NCBI GenBank assembly: GCA_951813565.1
Contig: OX638351.1
Span: 1,664,001-1,728,000 of the forward strand
Origin: an uncultured Poribacteria bacterium
GTDB lineage: Bacteria > Poribacteria > WGA-4E > WGA-3G
DNA length: 64,000 bases
Reading direction: 5' to 3'
The translations under genes and the position numbers were made by a program. Below, piece after piece: positions 19,670 through 30,315 of the stretch (the stretch's first letter is position 1; each line of letters opens with the position of its first letter). The notes beneath the pieces are model-generated. The model had not been told where the DNA came from. It ran no database searches and was given only the letters and a program-made list of their open reading frames with translations.

Positions 19670-19714
19670 GACAGGCAGGTCCCCTTTTTTATGGGGACCT
19701 GCCTGTCTCTTTTT
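19670..19714 (+). terminator. Rho-independent terminator
   Basis: gacaggcaggtcccc / ggggacctgcctgtc 15-bp stem followed by tcttttt. Confidence 0.85.
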
Positions 19715-19843
19715 AAGTTATACCGAATTAACAGGATTTATTTGTTTTATTGGAGACAGGCAGCATACACCAAATCAACGGTATGAATCATGCAGCATGC
19801 CGGACGCGCATGCTACCAATGGCATTCCCCATGTTCCACAAAT

Positions 19844-19980
19844 GCACAAACTGTATGAAGATTAATTTATTAATTCGGTAATTTTCTATCCGTACGAGGC
19901 AAGTGTACTCCTCCGCTGGCGAGGTTTCCTAACCTCGCCAAATTACCGAAATATTTTCTTAATCTTCATACAGTTTGTGC
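19844..19980. repeat. MITE-like element (family B)
   Basis: atgaagattaa..ttcggtaattt / aaattaccgaa..ttaatcttcat inverted ends; related copies at 25294 and 37677-37828. Confidence 0.7.
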
Positions 19981-20049
19981 TACAATGTGTTTTTATCAAA
20001 CTCACGTTGTCAATTAAGCTATACGGTATACGCAGTCCAGTTATGGACA

Positions 20050-21603
20050 CTACCCCTCTGAACGGAGTTGGATAAGTTTATTCACAGCATGGATATACGC
20101 CTTAGCACTGGCTTCAATAATATCCGTACTTGCACCGTTTCCTGTGATGACGTGTCCGTTGTCCTGCACCTTCAGCGTAACTTCACCGATAGCATCTTCA
20201 CCTTCCGTTACAGAACGAATCTGATAATCAATCAAGTTCAGTTTGATTTTGACAATTTGATTAATTGCCTTAAAGGCGGCATCAACAGGACCATCACCAG
20301 TAGAGGCATTTTCAACTATTCCGTCCTCAGTTCGGATACCAACGGTGGTTGTTGGTGAAATCTTTGTCCCACTGACGACTTGAATGTAATCAAGCTCAAA
20401 GATCGCAGGAACAGTTCGAATCTCGTCGCTCATAATCGCTTCAAGGTCAGCATCATGAACAGCTTTTTTCTTATCTGCAACGCGGAGAAATCTTTCGTAA
20501 ACCTTCTCTATCTGCTCTGAATCCAGCTCATACCCAAGTTCGCTAAGGCGATGTTTCAAGGCGTTCCGTCCAGAACGTGGACTGAGAATTATTTGGCTTG
20601 TTTGCCAACCGATCTCTTTCGGATCAATGATTTCAAAAGTCACACGTGACTTAATAATGCCATCTTGATGGATCCCAGAACTATGCGCAAAAGCGTTTTC
20701 ACCAACAATTGCCTTATTCGGTTGCACTGGAATGCCCATAGTCCGACTCACACGTCTGCTGATAGGAACGATTTCTTTGGCGTTAATTTCGGTGTAATAT
20801 TCTTTAAAGTAATCACGTCGGGTTCGGATTGCCATGACGACTTCTTCAAGTGAGGTGTTTCCTGCTCGTTCACCAAGTCCATTGATAGTGCACTCCACCT
20901 GCCGTGCGCCTTGTTCAATTGCAATAAGGCTGTTTGCTACTGCCAACCCCAAATCGTTGTGGCAGTGGACACTAATAACGGCATCGTCAATATTTGAGAC
21001 ATTTTCCCTGATTCCTGCAATAAGACCACCAAATTCTGCAGGAACTGTCCATCCGACTGTTTCAGGGATATTGACTACGGTTGCACCTGCGGCGATAGTG
21101 GCTTCAACCACCTCGTACAGATATGCTAATTCTGTTCTACCTGCATCCATCGGCGAAAACTCAACGGTGGCATCTGGATGATCTGCACACAAACTCTTTG
21201 CATAAGCAACCGCATCCACCGCCATTTCAAGGGTTTTCTCTGGTGTTGTGCGGGTGATGCGTTCCATGTGGATAGTTGATGTGCCAACAAACGTATGGAT
21301 ACGTGCGCGGTGAGCATCTTGGATCGCTTTCCACGCTGCCGTTATATCCTTTTCAACAACGCGTGAAAGCGCGCAAATTTCGGGACCCTTAACCTCGTTA
21401 GCTATGCGTTGAACAGCATCAAAATCACCCGGTGACGAAATTGGAAAACCAGCTTCAATGACATCAACATTTAATTTAGCGAGGTGTTTGGCAATCTCCA
21501 ACTTTTCTTCAATGCCGAGAGCGGCTCCGGGAGTTTGCTCCGCATCTCGGAGTGTTGTATCAAAAATATAAACCTTTTCTTGGTTCGTTTCAAAATCGTC
21601 CAC
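20050..21603 (-). CDS. leuA: 2-isopropylmalate synthase
   Basis: FDTTLRDAEQ, HCHNDLG, GERAGN, HSSGIHQDG, C-terminal GDGPVDA regulatory domain; GTG start after GGAGGA. Confidence 0.93.
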   Translation of the reverse strand: MDDFETNQEKVYIFDTTLRDAEQTPGAALGIEEKLEIAKHLAKLNVDVIEAGFPISSPGDFDAVQRIANEVKGPEICALSRVVEKDITAAWKAIQDAHRARIHTFVGTSTIHMERITRTTPEKTLEMAVDAVAYAKSLCADHPDATVEFSPMDAGRTELAYLYEVVEATIAAGATVVNIPETVGWTVPAEFGGLIAGIRENVSNIDDAVISVHCHNDLGLAVANSLIAIEQGARQVECTINGLGERAGNTSLEEVVMAIRTRRDYFKEYYTEINAKEIVPISRRVSRTMGIPVQPNKAIVGENAFAHSSGIHQDGIIKSRVTFEIIDPKEIGWQTSQIILSPRSGRNALKHRLSELGYELDSEQIEKVYERFLRVADKKKAVHDADLEAIMSDEIRTVPAIFELDYIQVVSGTKISPTTTVGIRTEDGIVENASTGDGPVDAAFKAINQIVKIKLNLIDYQIRSVTEGEDAIGEVTLKVQDNGHVITGNGASTDIIEASAKAYIHAVNKLIQLRSEG

Positions 21604-21694
21604 GGTTGTGTCCTCCAAATGGGTTACCTGTCTGTCATTAGAAGGGATGATATACCCCTTTACAATGGAATTAGTAAAATCCTACTTTGCCGTT

Positions 21695-22711
21695 TTATAT
21701 TTCACGTCCAACAGCGATAGCGATCGGTTTTAGTTCTTGAATGAGTGCCTCAAATTGATCAGGAAACAGAGACTGTGCACCATCACCTGTCATTGAATTA
21801 TCAGGATCATGATGAACTTCAAGTAACAGTCCATCTGCTCCAGCTGCGACGGATGCTTTTGTCATATCGCTCACCAAGTTACGGATACCGGTTCCATGGC
21901 TCGGATCAACAACGATAGGCAAATGGCTTAATTCGTGAACAACAGGAACAGCGTTAAGGTCCAATGTGTTACGCGTGTGGGTTTCGAAGGTGCGGATGCC
22001 TCGCTCACATAGAATAACATCCGGATTCCCTTCAGAAAGTATGTATTCTGCAGCAAGCAACCACTCTTCAATCGTCGAAGCCATTCCACGCTTCAGAATA
22101 ACAGGTTTGCGGGCACGACCAACTTCACGCAACAGATAGAAGTTTGTCATATTCCGTGTGCCGAGTTGAAATATGTCCGTATGTTCACCAACAAGTTCAA
22201 CTTCGTTGGGAGTCATCACTTCTGTTACGATGCCCAAACCCGTTTCCTCTTTGGCTGCGACAAGCATTTTCAATGCATCTGCTCCAAAACCTTGGAAACT
22301 ATAAGGACCTGTGCGAGGTTTAAATGCGCCACCTCTAATAAAACCGGCTCCCGCTTTCTTCACCTGTTTTGCAATAGTTACAATCTGTTCGGTACTCTCA
22401 ACCGCACAAGGACCCGCCATAACCGCTAACTTCCGTCCCCCAATTTTCGTCCCGTTTGTGGAGATAACAGTCGGTTCATCCCGAAATTGGCGGCTTGCTA
22501 ATTTATATGGGGCAGTGATCGGCATCGTCCTTTCAACGCCAGACATTGACTCCATCGGAATATCGCCAAGCAATGTTTTATCTCCTATTACACCGATGAC
22601 GGTGCGTTGTTCGCCAGTTGAAATCTGTGCTTTCAACCCTACACTCTCAATCCGTTTGACAATTGCGTCAATCTGATTAGGTGTTGCATCCGTTTTGGTA
22701 ACGATTACCAT
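21695..22711 (-). CDS. aroF: DAHP synthase, type I-beta, with N-terminal regulatory domain
   Basis: AGPCAVES, RGGAFKPRT, LKRG, CERGIRTFE, DPSHGTG; start MVIVTK after GGAGGG RBS. Confidence 0.92.
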   Translation of the reverse strand: MVIVTKTDATPNQIDAIVKRIESVGLKAQISTGEQRTVIGVIGDKTLLGDIPMESMSGVERTMPITAPYKLASRQFRDEPTVISTNGTKIGGRKLAVMAGPCAVESTEQIVTIAKQVKKAGAGFIRGGAFKPRTGPYSFQGFGADALKMLVAAKEETGLGIVTEVMTPNEVELVGEHTDIFQLGTRNMTNFYLLREVGRARKPVILKRGMASTIEEWLLAAEYILSEGNPDVILCERGIRTFETHTRNTLDLNAVPVVHELSHLPIVVDPSHGTGIRNLVSDMTKASVAAGADGLLLEVHHDPDNSMTGDGAQSLFPDQFEALIQELKPIAIAVGREI

Positions 22712-22766
22712 GGTTTGAATTCCCTCCGACACATAACTCTGTTTCAAGTCAATGTTGATGATTAGT

Positions 22767-22806
22767 AAAAAAATAACCCAACATCGAATTATTCTCGACA
22801 CTGGGT
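22767..22806 (-). terminator. Attenuator terminator upstream of aroF-leuA
   Basis: Minus strand acccagtgtcga-gaataat-tcgatgttgggt then tattttttt (stem with three G-U pairs). Confidence 0.65.
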
Positions 22807-22856
22807 AGTGATGTATAAGATTCAATTAAAACTTTTTCATGAGTGCTTACAAACTA

Positions 22857-23006
22857 TCACCACCTACCGCCGCAGTACAAAAACGGGTACAACCCGAGCG
22901 TAAAGAGTGCCCAAAGATCAAAAATATTTCCCCGTAAAAATGATAGAGCGGACCGTGTTCCACTTGCCAGTACTGTAGAGATGGTAGAGCGTTCAAACTT
23001 CTGCAT
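22857..23006 (-). CDS. Putative leader peptide (49 aa, Phe/Trp/Tyr/Leu-rich)
   Basis: MQKFERSTISTVLASGTRSALSFLRGNIFDLWALFTLGLYPFLYCGGRW; AGGGA RBS; stop codon overlaps an antiterminator arm. Confidence 0.55.
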   Translation of the reverse strand: MQKFERSTISTVLASGTRSALSFLRGNIFDLWALFTLGLYPFLYCGGRW

Positions 23007-23108
23007 CACAAAAGATCCCTAATTTCTTTGGTTGTAAGCCTTTCCTATTTTCTTGCCTTATAATACGTTATTCCAAACAAAACGTTTAATGTAAGACTAC
23101 TTTTTAAT

Positions 23109-23138
23109 ATGGTAACACATTTCATAAGGTTATGTCAA
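23109..23138 (-). promoter_or_regulatory. sigma70-type promoter for the aroF-leuA leader
   Basis: TTGACA-N18-TACCAT, sharing AATGTGTTACCATA with the ileS promoter. Confidence 0.6.
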
Positions 23139-23437
23139 GTTTTTATGATAGTATTGCAGGGTTATTTAGTTTTCGGGTTTTCTGCTATATTTTTTCACAT
23201 TTCTAAATAAACTATTAGTAACACGCATCAACCGGTAATTCATAAACTAAATAGCCTGCTCTATAAAACGGGTGTGTAAAGTTTTTGTAGAAATCCGCCC
23301 TACAGTGGAAAACGCCGCGTAATCATTGTAAATTGAACCTATGTAACCAAATATTTACAAACCCTATAAAACTGATTCCTTGCATTAAAAAGGAATTTTT
23401 ATTATGATATGCATATCCCGAATGAAGGAGAAAACGA

Positions 23438-24943
23438 ATGAGCCTATTGGGCATTGATGTTGGTACAACAGGATGTAAAGTTATAGCATTTCGCGAGGAT
23501 GGTGAAACTCTTGCACAAGCGTATGGCGAATATCCGTTGATACACCCGCAACCCGGTTGGTCAGAACTGGATTCAAATGTTGTCTGGGAAAATGTTTCCA
23601 ACGGAATTCGCAAGGTTGCGGCACAAACAAAAACAGATCCGATTGAAGCAATTAGCGTGGCATCACAAGGCGAAGCCGTGACGCCCGTTTGGGGTAACTG
23701 TGATGTGCTTGCAAACGCTATTACTACCTTTGATTCTCGCACCACAGGAATCTGCGAAGAAATCCTGCAAGAAATTACACCTTTAGAAGTGATGCAAATC
23801 ACTGGTATGCCACCGAGTAATATCCACACACTTGCGAAACTGGTATGGATACAGCGGAATCAACCAGAAATTTATAAAGAGGTGTGGAAATTTTTCGGCT
23901 TTGAAGATTTCGTCAATTTCAGGTTGGGCGTGCAACCTGCGGTAGACTATTCTCTGGCAGCGCGTACGATGTGCTTTGACATTATCAACAAATGCTGGTC
24001 CGAAAAAATGCTCAGTTTGGCGAATGTTGACGTGTCAATCTTGCCCGATACAGTTCCGTCAGGCACTATCATCGGCGAAATTGGTGCTAAGGTTTCAGGT
24101 GAACTCGGTCTTCCCAAAGGCGTAGTTGTTGTTGCAGGCGGGCACGACCAACCTTGTGGGGCGTTGGGTGCAGGAATTATTCGCGGTGGCGAACTTATGG
24201 ACGCAACTGGCACTGTGGAATGTATTGCCCCTGCTTTTAGCGAACCTGTTATCAACCAACAGATGATAGATGGGAATTTTGCATGCTATCCGCATGTCGT
24301 TGAAGGGCTATATGTCACATTGGGATTTGTTTCAAGCGGTGGTGTTGTGCTACGCTGGTTTCGGGATACCTTAGCACAAGCAGAAGTAACACAAGCATCT
24401 GCAGAGGGACGCGATGTCTACGATATCCTCCTTGAAGATATATCCGATTCCCCCGGAACAGCCATGCTCCTTCCGCACTTTACCGGTTCTGGAACCCCAC
24501 ATCTTGACTTGGAATCGAAGGGCGCAATCGTTGGATTGACACTTTCTACAAGCAAAAGTGAACTTGTTAAGGCGATACTTGAAGGTATTAGTTATGAAAT
24601 AAAACAGAATCTTGCGATGCTGCAAGATGCCGGTGTTGTCATAAACGAGGTCCGTGCCATCGGCGGCGGCGCAAAATCGGAAAAATGGTTGCAACTCAAA
24701 GCGGATATGTTCGGTAAAAAGGTCATCGCACTTGACATTTCCGAAGGTGTCTGTCTTGGGACTGCTATCCTTGCAGGAACGGCAATAGGTAAGTATAGTG
24801 GAATTGAAGAGGCGGTTGACCTATTAGTCAAACCACAAAAGGTTTACTATCCGCGTGAGGAAATAGCCCAACAGTACGATGAGAAGTTGAAAGTTTATGA
24901 GCAGATTTACCCTACTTTGCGTGAGTTGAACGATCAATTATAA
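23438..24943 (+). CDS. FGGY-family carbohydrate kinase (xylulokinase-like)
   Basis: LGIDVGTTGCK, GGHDQ, LPHFTGSGTP, AILEGI, GGGAKS. Confidence 0.9.
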   Translation: MSLLGIDVGTTGCKVIAFREDGETLAQAYGEYPLIHPQPGWSELDSNVVWENVSNGIRKVAAQTKTDPIEAISVASQGEAVTPVWGNCDVLANAITTFDSRTTGICEEILQEITPLEVMQITGMPPSNIHTLAKLVWIQRNQPEIYKEVWKFFGFEDFVNFRLGVQPAVDYSLAARTMCFDIINKCWSEKMLSLANVDVSILPDTVPSGTIIGEIGAKVSGELGLPKGVVVVAGGHDQPCGALGAGIIRGGELMDATGTVECIAPAFSEPVINQQMIDGNFACYPHVVEGLYVTLGFVSSGGVVLRWFRDTLAQAEVTQASAEGRDVYDILLEDISDSPGTAMLLPHFTGSGTPHLDLESKGAIVGLTLSTSKSELVKAILEGISYEIKQNLAMLQDAGVVINEVRAIGGGAKSEKWLQLKADMFGKKVIALDISEGVCLGTAILAGTAIGKYSGIEEAVDLLVKPQKVYYPREEIAQQYDEKLKVYEQIYPTLRELNDQL

Positions 24944-24964
24944 ATTGGTAATTACGGATAGCGC

Positions 24965-25225
24965 GTGGGTTGGGTAGAGTTTATGAAACCCATAAGCGTC
25001 AACTTAAGGAAAAAATGTTGGGTTTCCTCTTGTGGGAGGGCTTTCTAAGCCCGATTTTGTGAGACCCAAGCCGTTAAATCGGGGTTGAAAACCCGCAGCA
25101 TGCCAAACGCGCATGCTGCGTTGATTTGGACAAATGCCAAAAAGCGCATTTGGCATTGATTCACTCCCACAAGAAAGATTGGACGCTAAATTGACACCTA
25201 TGGGTAGAGTTTATGAAACCCGACA
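24965..25225. repeat. Composite REP/MITE-like element (family A)
   Basis: 21-nt direct repeat tgggtagagtttatgaaaccc at 24971 and 25201; inverted ends cccataagcgtcaa / ttgacacctatggg. Confidence 0.75.
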
Positions 25226-25457
25226 ATGGCTATCAGCAATCGACTTTCAGCCATCAGCGGTAGGTGCGTTCCATCCTTGGTAGTCGCGCTTTGATGAAGA
25301 TTAAGAAAATATTTCGGTAATTCTAATTTTTCCGTCTTGTTCTTATGTGGATTTCAAACACACCATGAATATAAGAGGCGCAATGAATTGCGCGACTACA
25401 AACGCCGCTAATCTGAAGAAAATGTTAAGATATTTTTAGATTTACTATAATGCCACT

Positions 25458-26411
25458 ATGAAAAAACATGTCGCAGGAATAGACATTGGCGGTACAAAAC
25501 TCGCAACCGTCGTTGCGGATAATTCTGGCAAGATTCTTAGCAAAGTCCGCAGACCGACATTTGCTGATAAGGGGCCTGAATATGCTATCCAACTTCTATT
25601 TGAGATGGTGGACGAAACTATCACCAAGGCAAATCTCAAGCAGGAAGCAATTTCAGGGATTGGTGTGAGTTGTGGTGGTCCATTGGATACAAAAACAGGG
25701 ATCGTTTATTCTCCTCCGAATTTGCCTGGTTGGGATGCATTTCCACTTAAAACGCGTCTTGAAACGGAGTTTCAGATACCCGCTACGATTGAAAATGATG
25801 CCAACGCCTCAGCACTCGCCGAATACCGGTTTGGAGGTGGCAGAGGCTATAATACTGTCCTTTACATGACGATGAGCACTGGAATTGGTGGCGGAATTGT
25901 TATAAATGGACAGATATTCCACGGTGCCAACGACAGCGCAGGCGAAGTCGGTCATCAGATTCTTTTGCCCAATGGTCCGCTATGTGGGTGTGGTAAGCAC
26001 GGGTGTTTGGAGGCTATCTGCTCAGGTCCAGCTATTGCACGTCGTGCTAAGGAAGCAATTCAAAAACAGTCAAACACTACAATACTTGCTCTTGCAGATG
26101 GACATATAGAGACGGTAAAATCAGAACATGTACTTGCAGCAGCACGGCAAGGTGACGCGTTGGCACTTAAGTTGATTGACGAAACAGCATATTACATGGG
26201 ATGGGGCATCGCAAATTTGGTCAATATTTTGAATCCGGACATTGTTCTACTGGGAACAATTGCTATCGCCGCTGGAGACCTTTTACTTCAACCGATTCGA
26301 AAAACTGTATCAGACTTTGCAATGGCACGTCCTGCCGAAGCAGTCAAGATAATGCCTGCACAGTTGGGTGAATCACTGGGAGACCTCGCTACCATTGCAT
26401 TGGTAGTATGA
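25458..26411 (+). CDS. ROK-family sugar kinase
   Basis: GIDIGGTK, ENDAN, GIGGG, GEVGH, CGCGKHGCLE. Confidence 0.9.
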   Translation: MKKHVAGIDIGGTKLATVVADNSGKILSKVRRPTFADKGPEYAIQLLFEMVDETITKANLKQEAISGIGVSCGGPLDTKTGIVYSPPNLPGWDAFPLKTRLETEFQIPATIENDANASALAEYRFGGGRGYNTVLYMTMSTGIGGGIVINGQIFHGANDSAGEVGHQILLPNGPLCGCGKHGCLEAICSGPAIARRAKEAIQKQSNTTILALADGHIETVKSEHVLAAARQGDALALKLIDETAYYMGWGIANLVNILNPDIVLLGTIAIAAGDLLLQPIRKTVSDFAMARPAEAVKIMPAQLGESLGDLATIALVV

Positions 26412-26439
26412 TGTTCCATTCAAATATGGAGAAAACTTG

Positions 26440-27003
26440 ATGGAGAGAATCAAAAAATACATTTCGCATCTACAAGGCGCTTTAGAACGCTTAAAACTGG
26501 AAGATGTACGGCGTTCTATAGATGTAATCATGGGTGCCTATCATGCCGACAAACAAATTTTCGTTATCGGCAACGGCGGCAGTGCGTCTACTGCATCCCA
26601 CCTCGCCTGTGATTTGGGTAAAGGTACAAGCATTGCAGGTAAACCTCGGTTCCGCGTAATTAGTTTAACTGATAACGTGGCGACGATGACAGCATGGTCA
26701 AATGACGTTGCTTACGAAGATGTCTTTGTAGAACAACTCAGAAATCTCGTGAATCCAGAGGATGTCGTGATAGGTATCAGTGCAAGTGGCAATTCAGAGA
26801 ACGTTATCCGTGCGATGCAGCACGCCGTAGACATAGGCTGTCAAACCATCGGATGGAGCGGATTTGGTGGCGGAAGATTGGTAACAATTTGTGATGTCAA
26901 CGTTGTTGTTGATAGTGACCAGTATGGTCCGGTTGAAGATGTGCATCTTATTTTAAACCACGTCCTACACGCTTGGATTAAGGAGGAATTTTCAGCATTA
27001 TAA
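26440..27003 (+). CDS. SIS-domain sugar-phosphate isomerase (GmhA-like)
   Basis: GNGGSAS, ISASGNSEN, VEDVH. Confidence 0.85.
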   Translation: MERIKKYISHLQGALERLKLEDVRRSIDVIMGAYHADKQIFVIGNGGSASTASHLACDLGKGTSIAGKPRFRVISLTDNVATMTAWSNDVAYEDVFVEQLRNLVNPEDVVIGISASGNSENVIRAMQHAVDIGCQTIGWSGFGGGRLVTICDVNVVVDSDQYGPVEDVHLILNHVLHAWIKEEFSAL

Positions 27004-27004
27004 A

Positions 27005-27136
27005 ACGAGTGTAAATATTTTGCCATTAACCATGTGATCTTTCTTGTTGAAAGGATTTGTAATCCCGATTTATCGGGGTTGAAAACCCTCCTACAAGAGA
27101 GGAGAAATACCCATGCCAAAAATTTTACACACCCTG
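27005..27136. repeat. Inverted-repeat-bounded mini element
   Basis: gtgtaaatattttgcca / tgccaaaattttacac ends with internal atcggggttgaaaaccc segment shared with family A. Confidence 0.5.
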
Positions 27137-27158
27137 TTCACCTCATAAAACACATTTC

Positions 27159-27188
27159 TTGACATACTAACCGCTTTTAAGGTATACT
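27159..27188 (+). promoter_or_regulatory. sigma70-type promoter for the nfeD-floA operon
   Basis: TTGACA-N18-TATACT. Confidence 0.55.
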
Positions 27189-27265
27189 TATAGCAAGACT
27201 TTACTATCCACTAATCAGCAAAATATATTTAAGGGCATTTTTAATTAAACAGGAGTGATAGGAAG

Positions 27266-28807
27266 ATGAAAAGCCAAAAAAATCTGCTATATTGCTCGCT
27301 TCTCTTAATCGGGTGCCTTCTCATGAGAGGTGGAGTGTCCGCTGAGGACAACGCTTTAGTTTATGTCATAGATATCCGCACAGAAATCGGAGGCGGCGTA
27401 AGTACCTACATTAATAAAGGTATTACAAAGGCAGAAGATGTAAATGCTGATGCTATTATTTTTGATGTTGATACCCCCGGTGGGAAAGTTGATTCTGCTA
27501 TAAAAATTATCAGAGCAATCCAAGAAACACAAATACCGACTATTGCTTTCGTCAACCGACAAGCTATCTCCGCTGGTGCCATGATTTCTGCTGCATGTGA
27601 TCAGATTGTTATGACATCAGGCGCAACGATTGGCGATTCTGCCCCCGTAGATGCACAAGGTAATGAAGCTGGTGAGAAAATCGTCACCTATATCCGAGGC
27701 ACTATTCGCTCCACTGCTGAACGACAAGGTCGAAATCCTGATATCGCTGAGGCTATGGTGGACAAAAGGCTTATTCTTGTACGTTTAGAAAATGGCGATA
27801 TAATTAAATTACGGCCTGAAGAGTACTTTAATGAACAAGATGCTGCCACGCGGATGCAAGTGCTTTGCGCAGAGGGAGAACTTCTCACCTTAACGACCCG
27901 TCAAGCCCTTGAATACGGTTTTGTTGATACGCAAGCAGAAAACCTATCCGAACTGCTTGCTCAATACCAAATTGTTGAAATTGATGAGAATTACAGAGAC
28001 GATGAAAATGATGTTGTAATGATCGCTCTCACTGAAGACGGTATCTTAGGCAGGCAAGAAGAACTCGGTACCGATAAAGTTACCCCCATTAAATCGCTGG
28101 CAAACGCTCAAGTTACTAAATTTGTAGTGACACTTGCAGACCGCACAGTCTTTTTTATTACTAGCCCCTACATCAGCGCGCTTTTGCTTTCTTTAGGCGG
28201 CCTCGGTTTAATCGTTGAGATTCGGACACCAGGTTTTGGCATTCCTGGATTTCTTGGATTGCTTTTCATCGGTCTTTTCTTCGGTGGACACATGCTAAAC
28301 CAAGTCCCGAATGCGTATATTGTTGCATTAATCTTTGTAGTCGGATTGGCATTAATTATATTAGAGGTTTTTGTGATTCCAGGTTTTGGGGTCGCTGGGA
28401 TTTTGGGTATAATTTTGATGTTGGCAAGTGTTTTTTACACGTTTTTCCAAAGTACTGACGATTTCAGTATTGCACTATTATGGCTCTCTATTTCAGTGAT
28501 TCTTACTTCCGTGTTGGCAATTCTTGCTACTATTTTTCTTCCTAAATCGGCACCATTTCAGCACCTTGCATTGTCCACAGTGATGAGTGCTGAACAAGGT
28601 TACCACTCAGCTGGCAGTCAGGATTTTGAGGTTTTTCTCGGTAAAACAGGTGTAGCATTAACTCCCTTACGCCCAGCGGGAACAGCCAGAATTGATAACA
28701 AGCGATTGGATGTTATCACAGTTGGTGACTTCATCGCACAAAACACACCTGTTAAAGTATTAGAAGTTGAAGGTTCCAAAATTTTGGTTGAAGCTATTGA
28801 GCAATGA
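27266..28807 (+). CDS. nfeD: Long NfeD protein (ClpP-like domain, TM region, OB fold)
   Basis: DTPGG, AISAGA, PGFG TM segments, LTPLRPAG. Confidence 0.9.
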   Translation: MKSQKNLLYCSLLLIGCLLMRGGVSAEDNALVYVIDIRTEIGGGVSTYINKGITKAEDVNADAIIFDVDTPGGKVDSAIKIIRAIQETQIPTIAFVNRQAISAGAMISAACDQIVMTSGATIGDSAPVDAQGNEAGEKIVTYIRGTIRSTAERQGRNPDIAEAMVDKRLILVRLENGDIIKLRPEEYFNEQDAATRMQVLCAEGELLTLTTRQALEYGFVDTQAENLSELLAQYQIVEIDENYRDDENDVVMIALTEDGILGRQEELGTDKVTPIKSLANAQVTKFVVTLADRTVFFITSPYISALLLSLGGLGLIVEIRTPGFGIPGFLGLLFIGLFFGGHMLNQVPNAYIVALIFVVGLALIILEVFVIPGFGVAGILGIILMLASVFYTFFQSTDDFSIALLWLSISVILTSVLAILATIFLPKSAPFQHLALSTVMSAEQGYHSAGSQDFEVFLGKTGVALTPLRPAGTARIDNKRLDVITVGDFIAQNTPVKVLEVEGSKILVEAIEQ

Positions 28808-28843
28808 AAATTCTAAAGTTCTAACTATGTGGAGGAAATATCA

Positions 28844-29326
28844 ATGTTATGGGTTCCAACTATTCTCATTGCCCTTGGAATATTATTAGTTTTTGTTGAG
28901 ATTTTGATTCTTCCGGGGTTTGGTGCAGCGGGTGTTCCGGGAATAATTTTACTCATTGTCGGATTCTGGATGATTTGGTCAAAATCGGGGGTCACGACGG
29001 CACTCATTTATGCGAGTGTCGCGCTAATTTTCGTGATACCTATAGCGATTTTTGGTCTATCACTTATCCGTGAATCACCTATAGGAAAAACCTTTATCCT
29101 TAGTGCTGCCCAAAGAAGTGAGGAAGGTTTTCAAGCAGCACCTGAAGAGTTAACTGCACTTGTCGGAAAATCAGGAAAATCTGTAACCCCGCTTCGTCCC
29201 GCAGGGGTTGCGCTAATCAACGGTCAACGTGTTGATATCGTTACGCAGGGAGAATTTGTAGAGTCAGAAACAGAGATAGAAGTTATTCAAGTAGAAGGTA
29301 GCCGTGTTGTCGTCCGTAGTTTATAA
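28844..29326 (+). CDS. Short NfeD-family protein
   Basis: EILILPGFG TM region plus TPLRPAG OB fold; GGAGGA RBS. Confidence 0.85.
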   Translation: MLWVPTILIALGILLVFVEILILPGFGAAGVPGIILLIVGFWMIWSKSGVTTALIYASVALIFVIPIAIFGLSLIRESPIGKTFILSAAQRSEEGFQAAPEELTALVGKSGKSVTPLRPAGVALINGQRVDIVTQGEFVESETEIEVIQVEGSRVVVRSL

Positions 29327-29393
29327 AAATTGTGAAATTGACATTATTATTTTATGAATCAACGAACTCTAATTTAAAGAGAGGAAATTTGAT

Positions 29394-30314
29394 ATGGGAG
29401 AGTTTTCAGTAGGAGTCCCGATATTAGCGGTAATTGTTCTCATCGTTATTTTTATGTTCTTCTGGTTCGTCCCAGTTGGGCTCTGGATTGCTGCTGTTGC
29501 AGCCGGTGCCCCATTGCGCATTTCTGAACTCATTGGAATGCGACTGAGACGAGTTAATCCAAATGTCATTGTTAGAGCACTTATCAGTAGCCACAAAGCT
29601 GGGTTGACAGTGGCAACGTCTGATTTAGAGGCACACTATCTTGCTGGAGGTAACGTTCTTAATGTTGTCAGTGCGCTTATTGCGGCAGATAAAGCGAGAA
29701 ATATTAACCTTGATTTCACGCAAGCAGCTGCAATTGATTTAGCAGGTAGAGATGTGTTTGAGGCGGTTCAAATCAGCGTTAACCCGCGCGTCATAACTAC
29801 TTCCAGAATCAGCGCGCTTGCACTTGATGGCGTTGAACTGATTGCCACCGTCAAAATCACTGTGCGTACTTTTATCAATCGCCTTGTCGGTGGTGCTGGT
29901 GAAGAAACCATCATTGCACGTGTCGGTGAGGGCATCATCAGTGCGATCGGTGCATCTGAAACTTACGAAGATGTGCTTGAAAATCCAGATATTATCTCAA
30001 AAACTGTTCTGGATCGTGGGCTTGATGCAGGTACCGCTTTTGAAATCCTGTCTATTGATATTGCAGACGTGAACGTTGGGAAAAATATAGGTGCAGAACT
30101 TCAAGCGGAACAAGCAGAGGCTGACCTTGTTGTTGCACAGGCAAAGGCGGAAGAACGCCGCGCACTCGCTGTTGCAAGGAAACAGGAGATGACTGCAGGT
30201 GTTCAGGAACAGCGCGCAAAGGTTGTGGAAGCAGAAGCTACTGTGCCTCGCGCACTCGCCAGTGCCTTTCGTGAAGGCAATTTAGATATTTCACCTCAGA
30301 GAGAAGGAGAATAA
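29394..30314 (+). CDS. floA: Flotillin-like protein FloA
   Basis: [43 protein letters not shown]. Confidence 0.92.
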   Translation: MGEFSVGVPILAVIVLIVIFMFFWFVPVGLWIAAVAAGAPLRISELIGMRLRRVNPNVIVRALISSHKAGLTVATSDLEAHYLAGGNVLNVVSALIAADKARNINLDFTQAAAIDLAGRDVFEAVQISVNPRVITTSRISALALDGVELIATVKITVRTFINRLVGGAGEETIIARVGEGIISAIGASETYEDVLENPDIISKTVLDRGLDAGTAFEILSIDIADVNVGKNIGAELQAEQAEADLVVAQAKAEERRALAVARKQEMTAGVQEQRAKVVEAEATVPRALASAFREGNLDISPQREGE

Positions 30315-30315
30315 A

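Noticed and set aside
22712..22825. N-terminal extensions called by the ORF track (aroF; also 13903, 32074, 57174, 61491)
   Set aside because: They run through terminators, repeats or neighbouring genes; downstream starts have clear RBSs and match paralogs.
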